DNA from: the human T2T-CHM13v2.0 reference genome, Homo sapiens
Strand: one strand, 5' to 3'
Assembly (NCBI RefSeq): GCF_009914755.1
Contig: NC_060933.1
DNA: 64,000 bases
This document shows, in pieces, positions 23,097 to 33,148 of the stretch. Made by a program: the position numbers and the translations under genes. Position 1 is the first letter of the stretch, and each line of letters opens with the position of its first letter. The notes under the pieces were generated by a model. That model was not told where the DNA came from and made no database searches. It was given only the letters and a program-made list of their open reading frames with translations.

Positions 23097-26000
23097 GCCT
23101 GCGGGCCCATCCTTTGTGCCCACCCGTTCTGGCCACCCTGCCTGGACGCCAGCTGTTCTTCTCAGCCTGAGCCCTGTCCCTGCCCTTCTCTGCCTGGCCT
23201 GTTTGGACTTTGGGGCACAGCCTGTCACTGCTCTGCCTAAGAGATGTGTTGTCACCCTCCTTATTTCTGTTACTACTTGTCTGTGGCCCAGGGCAGTGGC
23301 TTTCCTGAGGCAGCAGCCTTCGTGGCAAGAACTAGCGTGAGCCCAGCCAGGCGCCTCCCCACCGGGCTCTCAGGACACCCTGCCACACCCCACGGGGCTT
23401 GGGCGACTACAGGGTCTTCGGGCCCCAGCCCTGGAGCTGCAGGAGTTGGGAACGGGGCTTTTGTTTCCGTTGCTGTTTATCGATGCTGGTTTTCAGAATT
23501 CCTGTGTGGCCCTCCTGTCTGGAGTGACATCTTCATCTGCTCTGAATACTGGTGCCCAGCCAGCCCGTGACAGCTTCCCCCTAATCAGGAGGGGACAGCT
23601 GGGGGCGCAAGCTGGTGTGTCATCAGCAAAGACCTCAGCCGCCTCGGGGATGAGAGGGGACTCGTGGGGCAAGCAAGCTGCCCTGTGCTCTGAGTGAGGG
23701 GGAAGGTAGCCCCTTTTTCCAAAGATAACTCACAGTTTTGCCCTCGAGCCAATGAGAACATGAGCTGCCCTCTGTGCAAGGTTTCGGGGCCACCTCCAGG
23801 CTGCAGGGGCGGGTCACTCACCCCCCTGTTTTCTCTCTGCCTTGGTGTTCTGGTTTCAGACTCCCGACTCCCCGTTCAGACCAGAGTGCCCCGGCCCCTC
23901 CCCAGCCTGAGTCTTCTCCTTGCTCTGCGGGGTGGGCTGAGGCTTGTCCTTGTTTCCTGCAGGGCTGGCCCTGGCTCGGGCAGGGTGGGGCATCACCACC
24001 TCACTGGCCTTGCTGGAGGCACAGGGCTCTGCGGACCTGCAGCCATCTGTGAGGCCCGCGGGGATGGGAGGGGAGGAGGGTGGCCTGTTGGTTTCCCTCA
24101 GAGGGGGCAGGTGGCCTGGAGAGAGAGGGGCTCAGGAACTGGGAGCCTCGTGGGTGGGGCAGATGCTCCGCGGCCTGGAGTGGCTCTGCCGGGGCATTGG
24201 TGGGACCCCTGCTCAGGCCTTCTCTCTGGCTGCCAGTTGTGTCTAAAAGACTCTTGGAATCTGAGAACCCGGAGTCGCAGCGCCCTCGGGCCTGGGCCAC
24301 ACGCAGGCCCTGGTGGGACCACCCAGCCTGGTATTGTCCACGGACAGCGTTGTTCACCCAGAGCCTTACTTGGGAGCCTCACTGAACGCCTGCTCTGGTT
24401 GAAGGTGGGGTGGGGGCGGGGCTTGGGGCCTCCCTGGCTCAGCCCAGTGCGGCCTGGCGCTCCTCCCGCAGGCTCTGCCCCCGGGCTCCGGTGGTGCGGG
24501 GCCCTCTCAGGTTGAACTCGCCTCTTTTGCACTGGAAGGCCCTCCCTTTGGCCTGAGTACTTTTCCCGTTCACGCCTCAGTCCCGTGGACCCAGCCTTTG
24601 TCAGTGGCAGGTGCCTGAACAGAGGGTGGATGGGGGGGATACCGGAGGGGGTCTTGTCTTCCCAGCCGCAGTCTAGGAATGATGCGGGGGGGTGGACGCC
24701 TTCTCCATAGTCTTTCCCCACCTGGAGCAGGGGCTTCCTCAGTGGTGAGGGGAGCTGCCTACAGGTTGGACCGGGAGGCAGTGGCTTGGAGAGGCAGCTT
24801 TCCAGCCTTGGTGGGGAAGAAAGTGTCCATTCTTTGCCTTCCTGGAGCTCCCAGCCAGAGCTGAGCTTAGGCACCCGAGTGGAGCCTGCAGCTGAGTCTG
24901 TGCCCGAGACAGGCTGTCAGAGATTCCAGAAGCCTCTCCTCCCCGCCGCCCTCCACCCCTGCCTTTCAGCGTTGTGGATCCCTAGAGGTGGCCCCCTGCC
25001 CGATCCACCGTCCTGAGGCAGAGTGTTGAGCCTCATACCTGTACCAGGTCCCCGGCCAGCTGGGCCCCTCCCAGGCACTGCCAGGAAGCCCCAGCTGCCC
25101 CTGGCGGGTGTGGTGGAAATGGCAGGAGGGTGCAGGTACTCTTGGGGCCCCAGCGGTGGGAGTGCAAAAGACCCAACGCCAACACCTGGTGCCTTCTGCA
25201 GCCAGCGCCCACCCATCCGTGCCCGGACCCTTGGGAATGCCCGCGGCTCCAGAGGAAAAAGCCCAGGGACGGGGCCTCCGTTGCGGGGGGTCGGCTGCTT
25301 CTTGGGAACTTTGTCGTTTCCGGCGCTGGCTGGCTGGCTGGCTGTAAAGCACTGAAGCCCCCCGGCCGCCAACCCCTGAAAGCAGAACCTGGCCTCCCTG
25401 GCCACAGCAGCCTTACCCACCGCTCTACGTGTCCCGGGCACTTCCCGCAGCCTTCCCGTCCCTTTCTCATCGGCCTTGTAGTTGTACAGTGCTGTTGGTT
25501 TGAAAAGGTGATGTGTGGGGAGTGCGGCTCATCACTGAGTAGAGAGGTAGAATTTCTATTTAACCAGACCTGTAGTAGTATTACCAATCCAGTTCAATTA
25601 AGGTGATTTTTTGTAATTATTATTATTTTGGTGGGACAATCTTTAATTTTCTAAAGATAGCACTAACATCAGCTCATTAGCCACCTGTGCCTGTCCCCGC
25701 CTTGGCCCGGCTGGATGAAGCGGCTTCCCCGCAGGGCCCCCACTTCCCAGTGGCTGCTTCCTGGGGACCCAGGGCACCCCGGCACCTTCAGGCACGCTCC
25801 TCAGCTGGTCACCTCCCGGCTTTGCCGTTCAGATGGGGCTCCTGAGGCTCAGGAGTGAAGATGCCACAGAGCCGGGCTCCCCTAGGCTGCGTCGGGCATG
25901 CTTGGAAGCTGGCCTGCCAGGACCTTCCACCCTGGGGCCTGTGTCAGCCGCCGGCCCTCCGCACCCTGGAAGCACACGGCCTCTGGGAAGGACAGCCCTG

Positions 26001-27065
26001 ACCTTCGGTTTTCCGAGCACGGTGTTTCCCAAGAATTCTGGGCTGGCGGCCTGGTGGCAGTGCTGGAGATGACCCCGAGCCCCTCCCCGTGGGGCACCCA
26101 GGAGGGCCCTGCCGGAATGTGCAGCCTGTGGGTAGTCGGCTGGTGTCCCTGTCGTGGAGCTGGGGTGCGTGATCTGGTGCTCGTCCACGCAGGTGTGTGG
26201 TGTAAACATGTATGTGCTGTACAGAGAGACGCGTGTGGAGAGAGCCGCACACCAGCGCCACCCAGGAAAGGCGGAGCGGTTACCAGTGTTTTGTGTTTAT
26301 TTTTAATCAAGACGTTTCCCCTGTTTTCCTATAAATTTGCTTCGTGTAAGCAAGTACATAAGGACCCTCCTTTGGTGAAATCCGGGTTCGAATGAATATC
26401 TCAAGGCAGGAGATGCATCTATTTTAAGATGCTTTGGAGCAGACAGCTTTAGCCGTTCCCAATCCTTAGCAATGCCTTAGCTGGGACGCATAGCTAATAC
26501 TTTAGAGAGGATGACAGATCCATAAAGAGAGTAAAGATAAGAGAAAATGTCTAAAGCATCTGGAAAGGTAAAAAAAAAAAATCTATTTTTGTACAAATGT
26601 AATTTTATCCCTCATGTATACTTGGATATGGCGGGGGGAGGGCTGGGACTGTTTCGTTTCTGCTTCTAGAGATTGAGGTGAAAGCTTCGTCCGAGAAACG
26701 CCAGGACAGACGATGGCAGAGGAGAGGGCTCCTGTGACGGCGGCGAGGCTTGGGAGGAAACCGCCGCAATGGGGGTGTCTTCCCTCGGGGCAGGAGGGTG
26801 GGCCTGAGGCTTTCAAGGGTTTTCTTCCCTTTCGAGTAATTTTTAAAGCCTTGCTCTGTTGTGTCCTGTTGCCGGCTCTGGCCTTCCTGTGACTGACTGT
26901 GAAGTGGCTTCTCCGTACGATTGTCTCTGAAACATCGTGGCCTCAGGTGCCAGGGTTTGATGGACAGTAGCATTAGAATTGTGGAAAAGGAACACGCAAA
27001 GGGAGAAGTGTGAGAGGAGAAACAAAATATGAGCGTTTAAAATACATCGCCATTCAGTTCGTTTG
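23097..27065 (+). other. RXRA: RXRA 3'UTR (~4 kb; 3' end approximate)
   Basis: Follows the stop codon, is free of recognisable repeats, has AT-rich blocks at ~25480-25680 and ~26280-26620, and ends near AATACA plus a GU/U-rich tract; consistent with the known long RXRA 3'UTR. Confidence 0.8.
26896..26903 (+). promoter_or_regulatory. miR-27a/b-3p 8mer seed site (also miR-128 7mer-A1)
   Basis: ACTGTGAA in the distal 3'UTR; RXRA is a reported miR-27 target. Confidence 0.65.
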
Positions 27066-27092
27066 TTCCGTGTGGGGACTTTTTTGTTTGGA
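27041..27092 (+). terminator. Putative non-canonical polyadenylation signal (AATACA) with downstream GU/U-rich element
   Basis: AATACA at 27041-27046, then gtttgttccgtgtgggg and acttttttgtttgg; no AATAAA or ATTAAA noticed in the UTR. Confidence 0.6.
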
Positions 27093-27774
27093 GCGGGAGG
27101 GCCCGCGATCAGCCCCCACCAGCCCACCCTCCTGTCCACCCTACCTGCCGGTCCTGTGCGGCGAGGCTGGCATCCTCTGTGGGCCATACTCTTGAGAGTT
27201 CTCTCCCTGTCCACTGGGCTCTGCTGCTCCTCCAAGGGGCAGGGGGCTGGGGCCTCCGTGAGGGCACCTCTCAGCAGCCGTGGGCACTGGGCCTGTGGGC
27301 GCCTGCGGAGCACGAGTGTTCCCACCTGTCCCTCCCCAGGCTGCCTAAGCATCCACGCCTCTGCAGCCACGCTGGCCCAGATGGGCAGGAGGTGCACCCA
27401 GAGGGCCAAGGAACACACGATGTCACCCAGCTGCCCCAATAACAACAAGTTAATGATGCCCCATCTGCATTGTCTCCTGTGATAAACGCCCTCTGTCTCC
27501 ATGCTGTCTGGGGCTGGGCTGCTCCCGGCCTGGTTTGGTCTTCGTGCCCGGAGCCCTCTCATGCACCTGTGTCCAGCCAGGCACCCTCCCCGAGAGGCAC
27601 CAGACACACTGAAGATGGGGAGTGGGGCTCTGAAGGTCCAGGTCCTGCCCTGTGGTGGTGGGCAGAGGACAGTGTGGCCTGTGCCCAGAGCTAGGGTGGC
27701 TCCCGGGTGAGACTTAAAATGGAACGGCCTGCCACCTGAAAGGCAGGGACTTCCTGATGGCACTCCCCTCATGA

Positions 27775-28147
27775 GCACACACACATTCACACACGTGCAT
27801 ACTCAAACACGGGCACGGACACGCTCACATGGACCCTCGCACCCATTCATACGCATGCACACACCACGTGCTCACACAGATGCTTTGGCATGCACACCCA
27901 TGCAGAACTGCTCCCGTGCACACACCCATCGCTGCCCTTGCACACACCCATGCATGCTCCCATGCACACACACCCATACAGGCTCAGTTGCACACACCCA
28001 TACACGCTCCCGTGCACACACCCATACACGCTTTCATATGCACATACATCCATATTCCCATGCACACACACCCATACACGCTCCCATGCACACACACCCA
28101 TACATGCTCCCGTGCACACACACACTCATGAACATACACACTTGCAC
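27775..28147. repeat. CA-rich degenerate tandem repeat (cacacacccatacacgctcccatg-like, ~22-24 bp)
   Basis: Repeated cacacccat/gcacac units. Confidence 0.85.
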
Positions 28148-30771
28148 TCAGCCCTGGAAGGATCGACAGAACAGTGGGGGTCTTGGGTGCGGGGCTGAGC
28201 CAGCCTCCCTTGGTGGAGTCAGGACCCCACACCAACATTCTCCCTCTTCCTGGGAACGGCGGCTGTGCGGCTGTGCTCTGAAACTCTGGGCCACTCCCTG
28301 GGCCCCCAACCATGGCTGAATGGTGGGTGCCACAGGAGTCTCGACTCACTTTGCCATCTTAGGAGCCCCCCTGGGTCCCAGCTGCACATCCAAAGGATCC
28401 TCCCTGGGCTTCACACCCTCCCCTGCCAGGGCCTCGGCTCTGCCCACTGAGACCAACCTGGGCTTCTCCAGAGGGGTCCAAGTGTGAATGGACCCCGAGG
28501 GAGGGCGGAGTCCTTGAAGTGGCCACCCGCTTCCTCTGTGTCGGCACAGCCCTCTGCCGACCTGGCTTGCTGAGTCTGGCCCACCCATGTTCTCTGCATA
28601 TAATCTTGCACACATGAAGCACGTGGGCCCCTTCCGTGGTCTGGAAAAGGGGTCGGCCCTGGGGCTTCGGGAGCTGGGATGTGGCCTCCCTGCTGAGAGG
28701 CCTCCCATCCTGCTGCACATGTGCGCACATGGCTGAGTGCTGCTGTGTGAGACACCAGCGGTTGGAAGCTGGCTCTGTGCCCTGGTGGCCCCCTGGACTC
28801 TGGGCACAGCCTCCACGGACACCCGTCCTTGGGGTGAGAGTGAGCCCTCGGAGTTCTCAGGCCAGAGCGCAGGGACAAAAGGGGAAAGCTGAGGTCTGTG
28901 GTTGCAGGACACGGACCCCTCGGGGCTCTGGGAGAAGCCCAGGAAGGGGAAGCTTCCCGTAAGTTCCCAGGGCCTTGGTGCTTGTTTTAATAATGGGGCA
29001 GGGTGTTACTATGGGACTTCCTGGGGTGAGCGTGGGGGGAGTTTGGTGCCCCTCCAGGGACACGAACACCACCCCGTGCTCCCACCAGCCAGGCAGAAAC
29101 TCCAGGCTGCTGGCTGGCGCGGCATCGCAGGACAACCCAGCTTTGGGCCTCCCTTCGGCATTTGGTTGCCACGGTGACTCCTGCCCAGGGCAGTCCCTCT
29201 GGACCAGAGATGCTGGGCTTGATAAGTTCTTCACCGTCACTCTCAGGCAACGACAGCAAGCCAGTGTGGGCTGGAGGTTTGTGAACTGAGAGGCAAGGGA
29301 GGGGGCAGGGGCTCAGGCACCTGCGGTGGGGGCAGGGACACATGGCTCCTGGATGGGCACCGCTGAGCTCCCTGTGCTTCCGTCCCTGCCATCAGCCAGC
29401 AGACAGCATGATGGGAGGAAGGGCGCACGTGGGGAATGGGGCGCATCCTGAGAGCACATCCTGAGAGAACGGGGCAGCCCCTGCACTTTGTGCAGGCAGT
29501 GCACACTCAGGGCGGAGGAGGGGTCATCGCTGTGCCCAAGGACAGCTGCACCTGGGTGACCAGAGGAGGCCAGGGAAGTCTCAGGGGCCTCAGGAGGAAG
29601 GGGCTGGGGCGTGGAGACATCGGGAAGGGCCACATAGAGCCTTCAGCCCAGTCCCCTGGATTCTCAGATGGGCACAGCCGCCCCCTGGCAGGGACTCAGA
29701 CAGCATCGGGGCGGGCAGGCCATTGAGTCTGGCATTTTCTACCTGCCTTTCTGCAGCGAGCCCCCTCTGTAAAGATGCCCGGAGGGAGCCCGCAGCCCCT
29801 GCAGAGCTGTGTCCCCACACTTCGCAGAGGCCCTGCGAGGAAGGAGTTTGCCCAAAGGGAGGCCAAGGCAGGACCAGGTCCCATCCCACCACCTCGGTTA
29901 TGGAGCTGATTAGGAACCCGAGTGTCCCCAAGGACAGATGCCCCGGCGCCTGCTGCGGCGTGAAGCAGCCCTGCCCCCTGCTGGCGACGCTGGGACAGCG
30001 CGGGTCCTCCAGTCCCTTCTTGCTCCTCCAGGCCTGTGGGTGCCACAGTGGCTTCCGGCAGTGGGGTTGATTACTGTGAGTCAGAATCACCTGGGCGCTC
30101 CGCCACCCAGCCATACCCCTGCTCACTGCAGCAAGCGGTCCAGTCAGGAGCCAGCTTCATCCCAGTTTCACCAAGATGCCTCAGCAGTCAGCTGTTCGGG
30201 AAGCTGGGCACACAGCCCTACTGGGTGCCAGGTGGGCTTGGCCTGCAGCAGGAGCAGGGTCAGGGAAGGTGAGGACAGAGCGCCAAGGAGGGAGGGGGGC
30301 GGGTCCTGCCCTCTCTGAGCCTCAGTTTCCCCATCTCCCCACCTCCAAAGTGAGGACAAACTCCCCACTTTCCAGGGCTGTTGTGACCAGGGCCTTGGTC
30401 ACCCAGAAAATGCTTTAGGAGGAAGCAGCCACTTCCTCCTTTCTTTTGGTGTGAAGAGGCTCTAATGCAGGGCATGGGTGGAGGAGGCCAGGCCGACTTT
30501 GCTCCCTGAGCAAAGGGTGGTGAGCAGGAATCCTTGGAGATTTGAGCCGGGGTCCACCTCTGGACAAGCACAGGACTGTAGGCCCAGGTTCCAGGGCCTG
30601 GGATCCAGGAGGTGGCATCATGGCTTTTGCCCATTATGGGGGATGGGGAAGGTCAGGTACCATGGTGCCCTCCAAGGTGAGCAACGGAGCCTTTGAGGTC
30701 CAAGGGCAGGGCAGAGACCCCTGTGTGGGTCAGTGGGGGCATTTGGGAAGCACAGAGAGGAGGCTCAGTGG

Positions 30772-31446
30772 TCTTCCTTCTTTCTCACTCCTTCCCCCCT
30801 CCCTCCCTCCTTCCCCTTCCCTCCTGCTTTCCCCCTCCCTCCTTCCTTCCCTCTCCCTCCTTCCCCCTCCCTCCTTCCTTCCCTCTCCCTCCTTCCTTCC
30901 CTCTCCCTCCTTCCCTCTCCCTCCTTCCCCCTCCCTCCTCCCTTCCCCCTCCCTCTTCCCTTCCCCCTCCCTCCTCCCTTCCCCCTCCTCCCTTCCCCCT
31001 CCCTCCTTCCTTCCCCCTCCCTCCTCCTTCCTCCCTCCTTCCCTCCTTCCTCCTTCCTTCCCCCCCTCCTTCCTTCCCCTGCCTCCCTCTTTCCCTCTTC
31101 CTCTCTCCTTCCTTCCCCCTCCTTCCCTCCTTCCCCCGTCCCTCCCTCCTTCCCCCTCCTTCCATCCCCCTCCCTCCCTCCTTTCCCCCTCCACCCTTTC
31201 CCCCTCCCTCCTTCCCCCCTCCGCCCTTTCCCCCTCCCTCCTTCCCCCTCCCTCCTTCCTTCCCTCTTCTCTTTCTTTTCCTCCCTACCTCCTTCCTTCC
31301 CTCCTCCCTACCTACTTGCTCCCTCCTTCCCCTCCCTCCTTCCTTCCCCCTTCTCCTTCCTTCTTTCCTACCTCCCTCCTTCTTTTCTCCTTCCCTCCCC
31401 CCTCTCTCCTTCCCCCTCCCTCCCTCCTTCCTCCCTCCTTCCCTCT
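30772..31446. repeat. ~675-bp near-pure polypyrimidine (CCT/CTTCC) low-complexity tract
   Basis: Almost exclusively C/T on the + strand. Confidence 0.95.
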
Positions 31447-31632
31447 GGTGGCAGGTGCCTGTAATTCTAGCTACTCAGGAGGCTGAGGCACGAGAATCTC
31501 TTGAACCTGGGAAGCAGAGGTTGCAGTGAGCCAAGATCTTGCCACTGCACTCTAGCCTGGGAGACAGAGTGAGACTCCATCTCAAAAAACAAAACAAAAC
31601 AAAACAAAAACAAAAACCACAAACAAACAAAA
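31447..31632 (+). mobile_element. 5'-truncated Alu (right arm) with (CAAAA)n tail
   Basis: ggtggcaggtgcctgtaat...gaggttgcagtgagccaagat...gagactccatctcaaaaaacaaaacaaaac. Confidence 0.9.
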
Positions 31633-32019
31633 ATGTGAGAAGGACATGAGATTTGGGAGGGGCCAGGGTTTGGCTCTGTGTCCCCACCCAAAACTCATGT
31701 TGAATTATGATCTTCCATGTTGGAGGAGGGGCCTGATGGGAGGGGACTGGATCATGGGAGTGACTTGCCCCTTGCTGTTCTCGTAATAGTGAGTGAGTTC
31801 TCACGAGATCTGGCTGTTCACTCTCTCTCTCTCTCCTGCTGCCATGTAGGACGTGCCTGCTTTCCATTCGTCTTCCACCACGATTCTAAGTTTCCTGAGG
31901 CCTCCCCAGCCATGCCTCCTGGACAGCCTGCAGAACCGTGAGCCAGTTAAACCTCTTTTCTTTATAAATTACCCAGTCTCAGACTGTTCTTTGTAGCGGA
32001 GTGAGAACGGACTGAAACA
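31633..32019 (+). mobile_element. MST-family (MSTA/B-like) ERVL-MaLR LTR preceded by the 3' end of its internal region
   Basis: ggacatgagatttgggaggggccaggg (internal 3' end/PPT), then ggtttggctctgtgtccccaccc...gtgagtgagttctcacgagatctg...aaacctcttttctttataaattacccagtctcag...ggactgaaaca. Confidence 0.85.
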
Positions 32020-32039
32020 GCACCTGATCAGCCCTTAGG

Positions 32040-32295
32040 ACAGTCAAGGTCATCAAAGACAAGGAAAGTCTGAGAAACTGTGACAGCCAAAAGGAGCCTC
32101 AGGAGACACGATGACTGAATGTCCTGTCGCGACATAGATAAAGGTGTATCAGTGCTGGCTCATGATTGCAACAAAGGTGCTAGACTAACGTGAGATGTTA
32201 GTGTGAGCAGAGCTAGGCGTGGGGCATATGGGAACTGTAGTATCTTTGCAACTGTTCGGTACATCTAAAAGCTATTCTAAAATTTAAAAAGCTAA
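32040..32295 (+). mobile_element. Old L1 (L1MC/MD-like) 3' end fragment
   Basis: gtcaaggtcatcaaagacaaggaaagtctgagaaactgt...atatgggaact...tatctttgcaact...tctaaaa. Confidence 0.6.
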
Positions 32296-32336
32296 TTTTA
32301 AAAACTGAAAGCAGCATTTATATATATGAAAAAGTT

Positions 32337-32640
32337 GGCTGAGGTCCCTGTAATCCCTGCACTTTGAGAAGCCGAGGTGGGCAGATTGCTTGAGCCCAGG
32401 AGTTTGAGATCAGCCTGGGCAATGTGGAGAAACCCCATCTCCACGGAGAAACCCCGTCTCCACCAAAAACCCCCACAAAAATTAGCTGGGCACAGTGGTA
32501 CATGCCTGTAGTCCCAGCTACTCAAGGCTGAGACAGGAAGATCACTTGAGCCTGGGAGGTCAAGGCAGCAGTGAGCTATGGTCGCCCTGATGCACTCCAG
32601 CCTGGGCAACAGAGCAAGACACTGTCTCAAAAATAAAAAA
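32337..32640 (+). mobile_element. AluJ-like element
   Basis: cctgtaatccctgcactttgagaagccgagg...ttgagcccaggagtttgag...gaggtcaaggcagcagtgagctatg...A-tail; small internal duplication agaaacccc(a/g)tctccac. Confidence 0.88.
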
Positions 32641-32843
32641 GTCACAGACTGTTGCCTAAGTCCTTATGGAAACCAACCTGCTTACTGAAGACCTATCGTG
32701 AGACATTCCAGCAGTTAGAAATAAGGACCTAGCTTTTCCAGAGCGATTCCACGCCTTTGCTAATCCCCACAGTCAGATGTGCTAGTGGAGACACACAGAA
32801 TGGGGGAACGGGGTTGGTGATGGGAGGAGGCCAATGGGGTGAC

Positions 32844-33148
32844 TTTTTTTTTTTTTTTAAACAGAGTTTTGCTCTGCCACCCAGGCTGGAGTGCAGTGGC
32901 ACGATCTTGGCTTACTGTAACCTCCACTTCCAGGGTTCAAGTGATTCTCCTGCCTCAGTCTCCTGAGTAGCTGGGATTACAGGCGCATGCCACCATGCCC
33001 AGCTTTTTTTTTTTTTTTTTGTATTGTTAATATAGACAGGATTTCACCATGTTGGTTAGGCTGGTCTTGAACTCCTGACTTCAAATGATCTGCCAGACTT
33101 GGCCTCCCAAAGTGCTGGGATTACAGGCGTGAGCCACCACGCCCGGCC
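32844..33148 (-). mobile_element. AluS-like element
   Basis: polyT, caggctggagtgcagtggcacgatcttgg, gttcaagtgattctcctgcctcag, cctcccaaagtgctgggattacaggcgtgagccaccacgcccggcc. Confidence 0.92.

Noticed and set aside
24098-26395. ORFs of 120-260 aa on both strands in the 3'UTR
   Set aside because: Expected by chance at this GC content; no recognisable homology
26570-26581. A12 run resembling a poly(A) tail
   Set aside because: Genomic A-tract and a likely source of internal oligo-dT priming artefacts, not a retrocopy or true end
30542-31529. Pro/Ser/Leu-rich and Gly/Arg/Glu-rich ORFs
   Set aside because: Translation of the polypyrimidine tract
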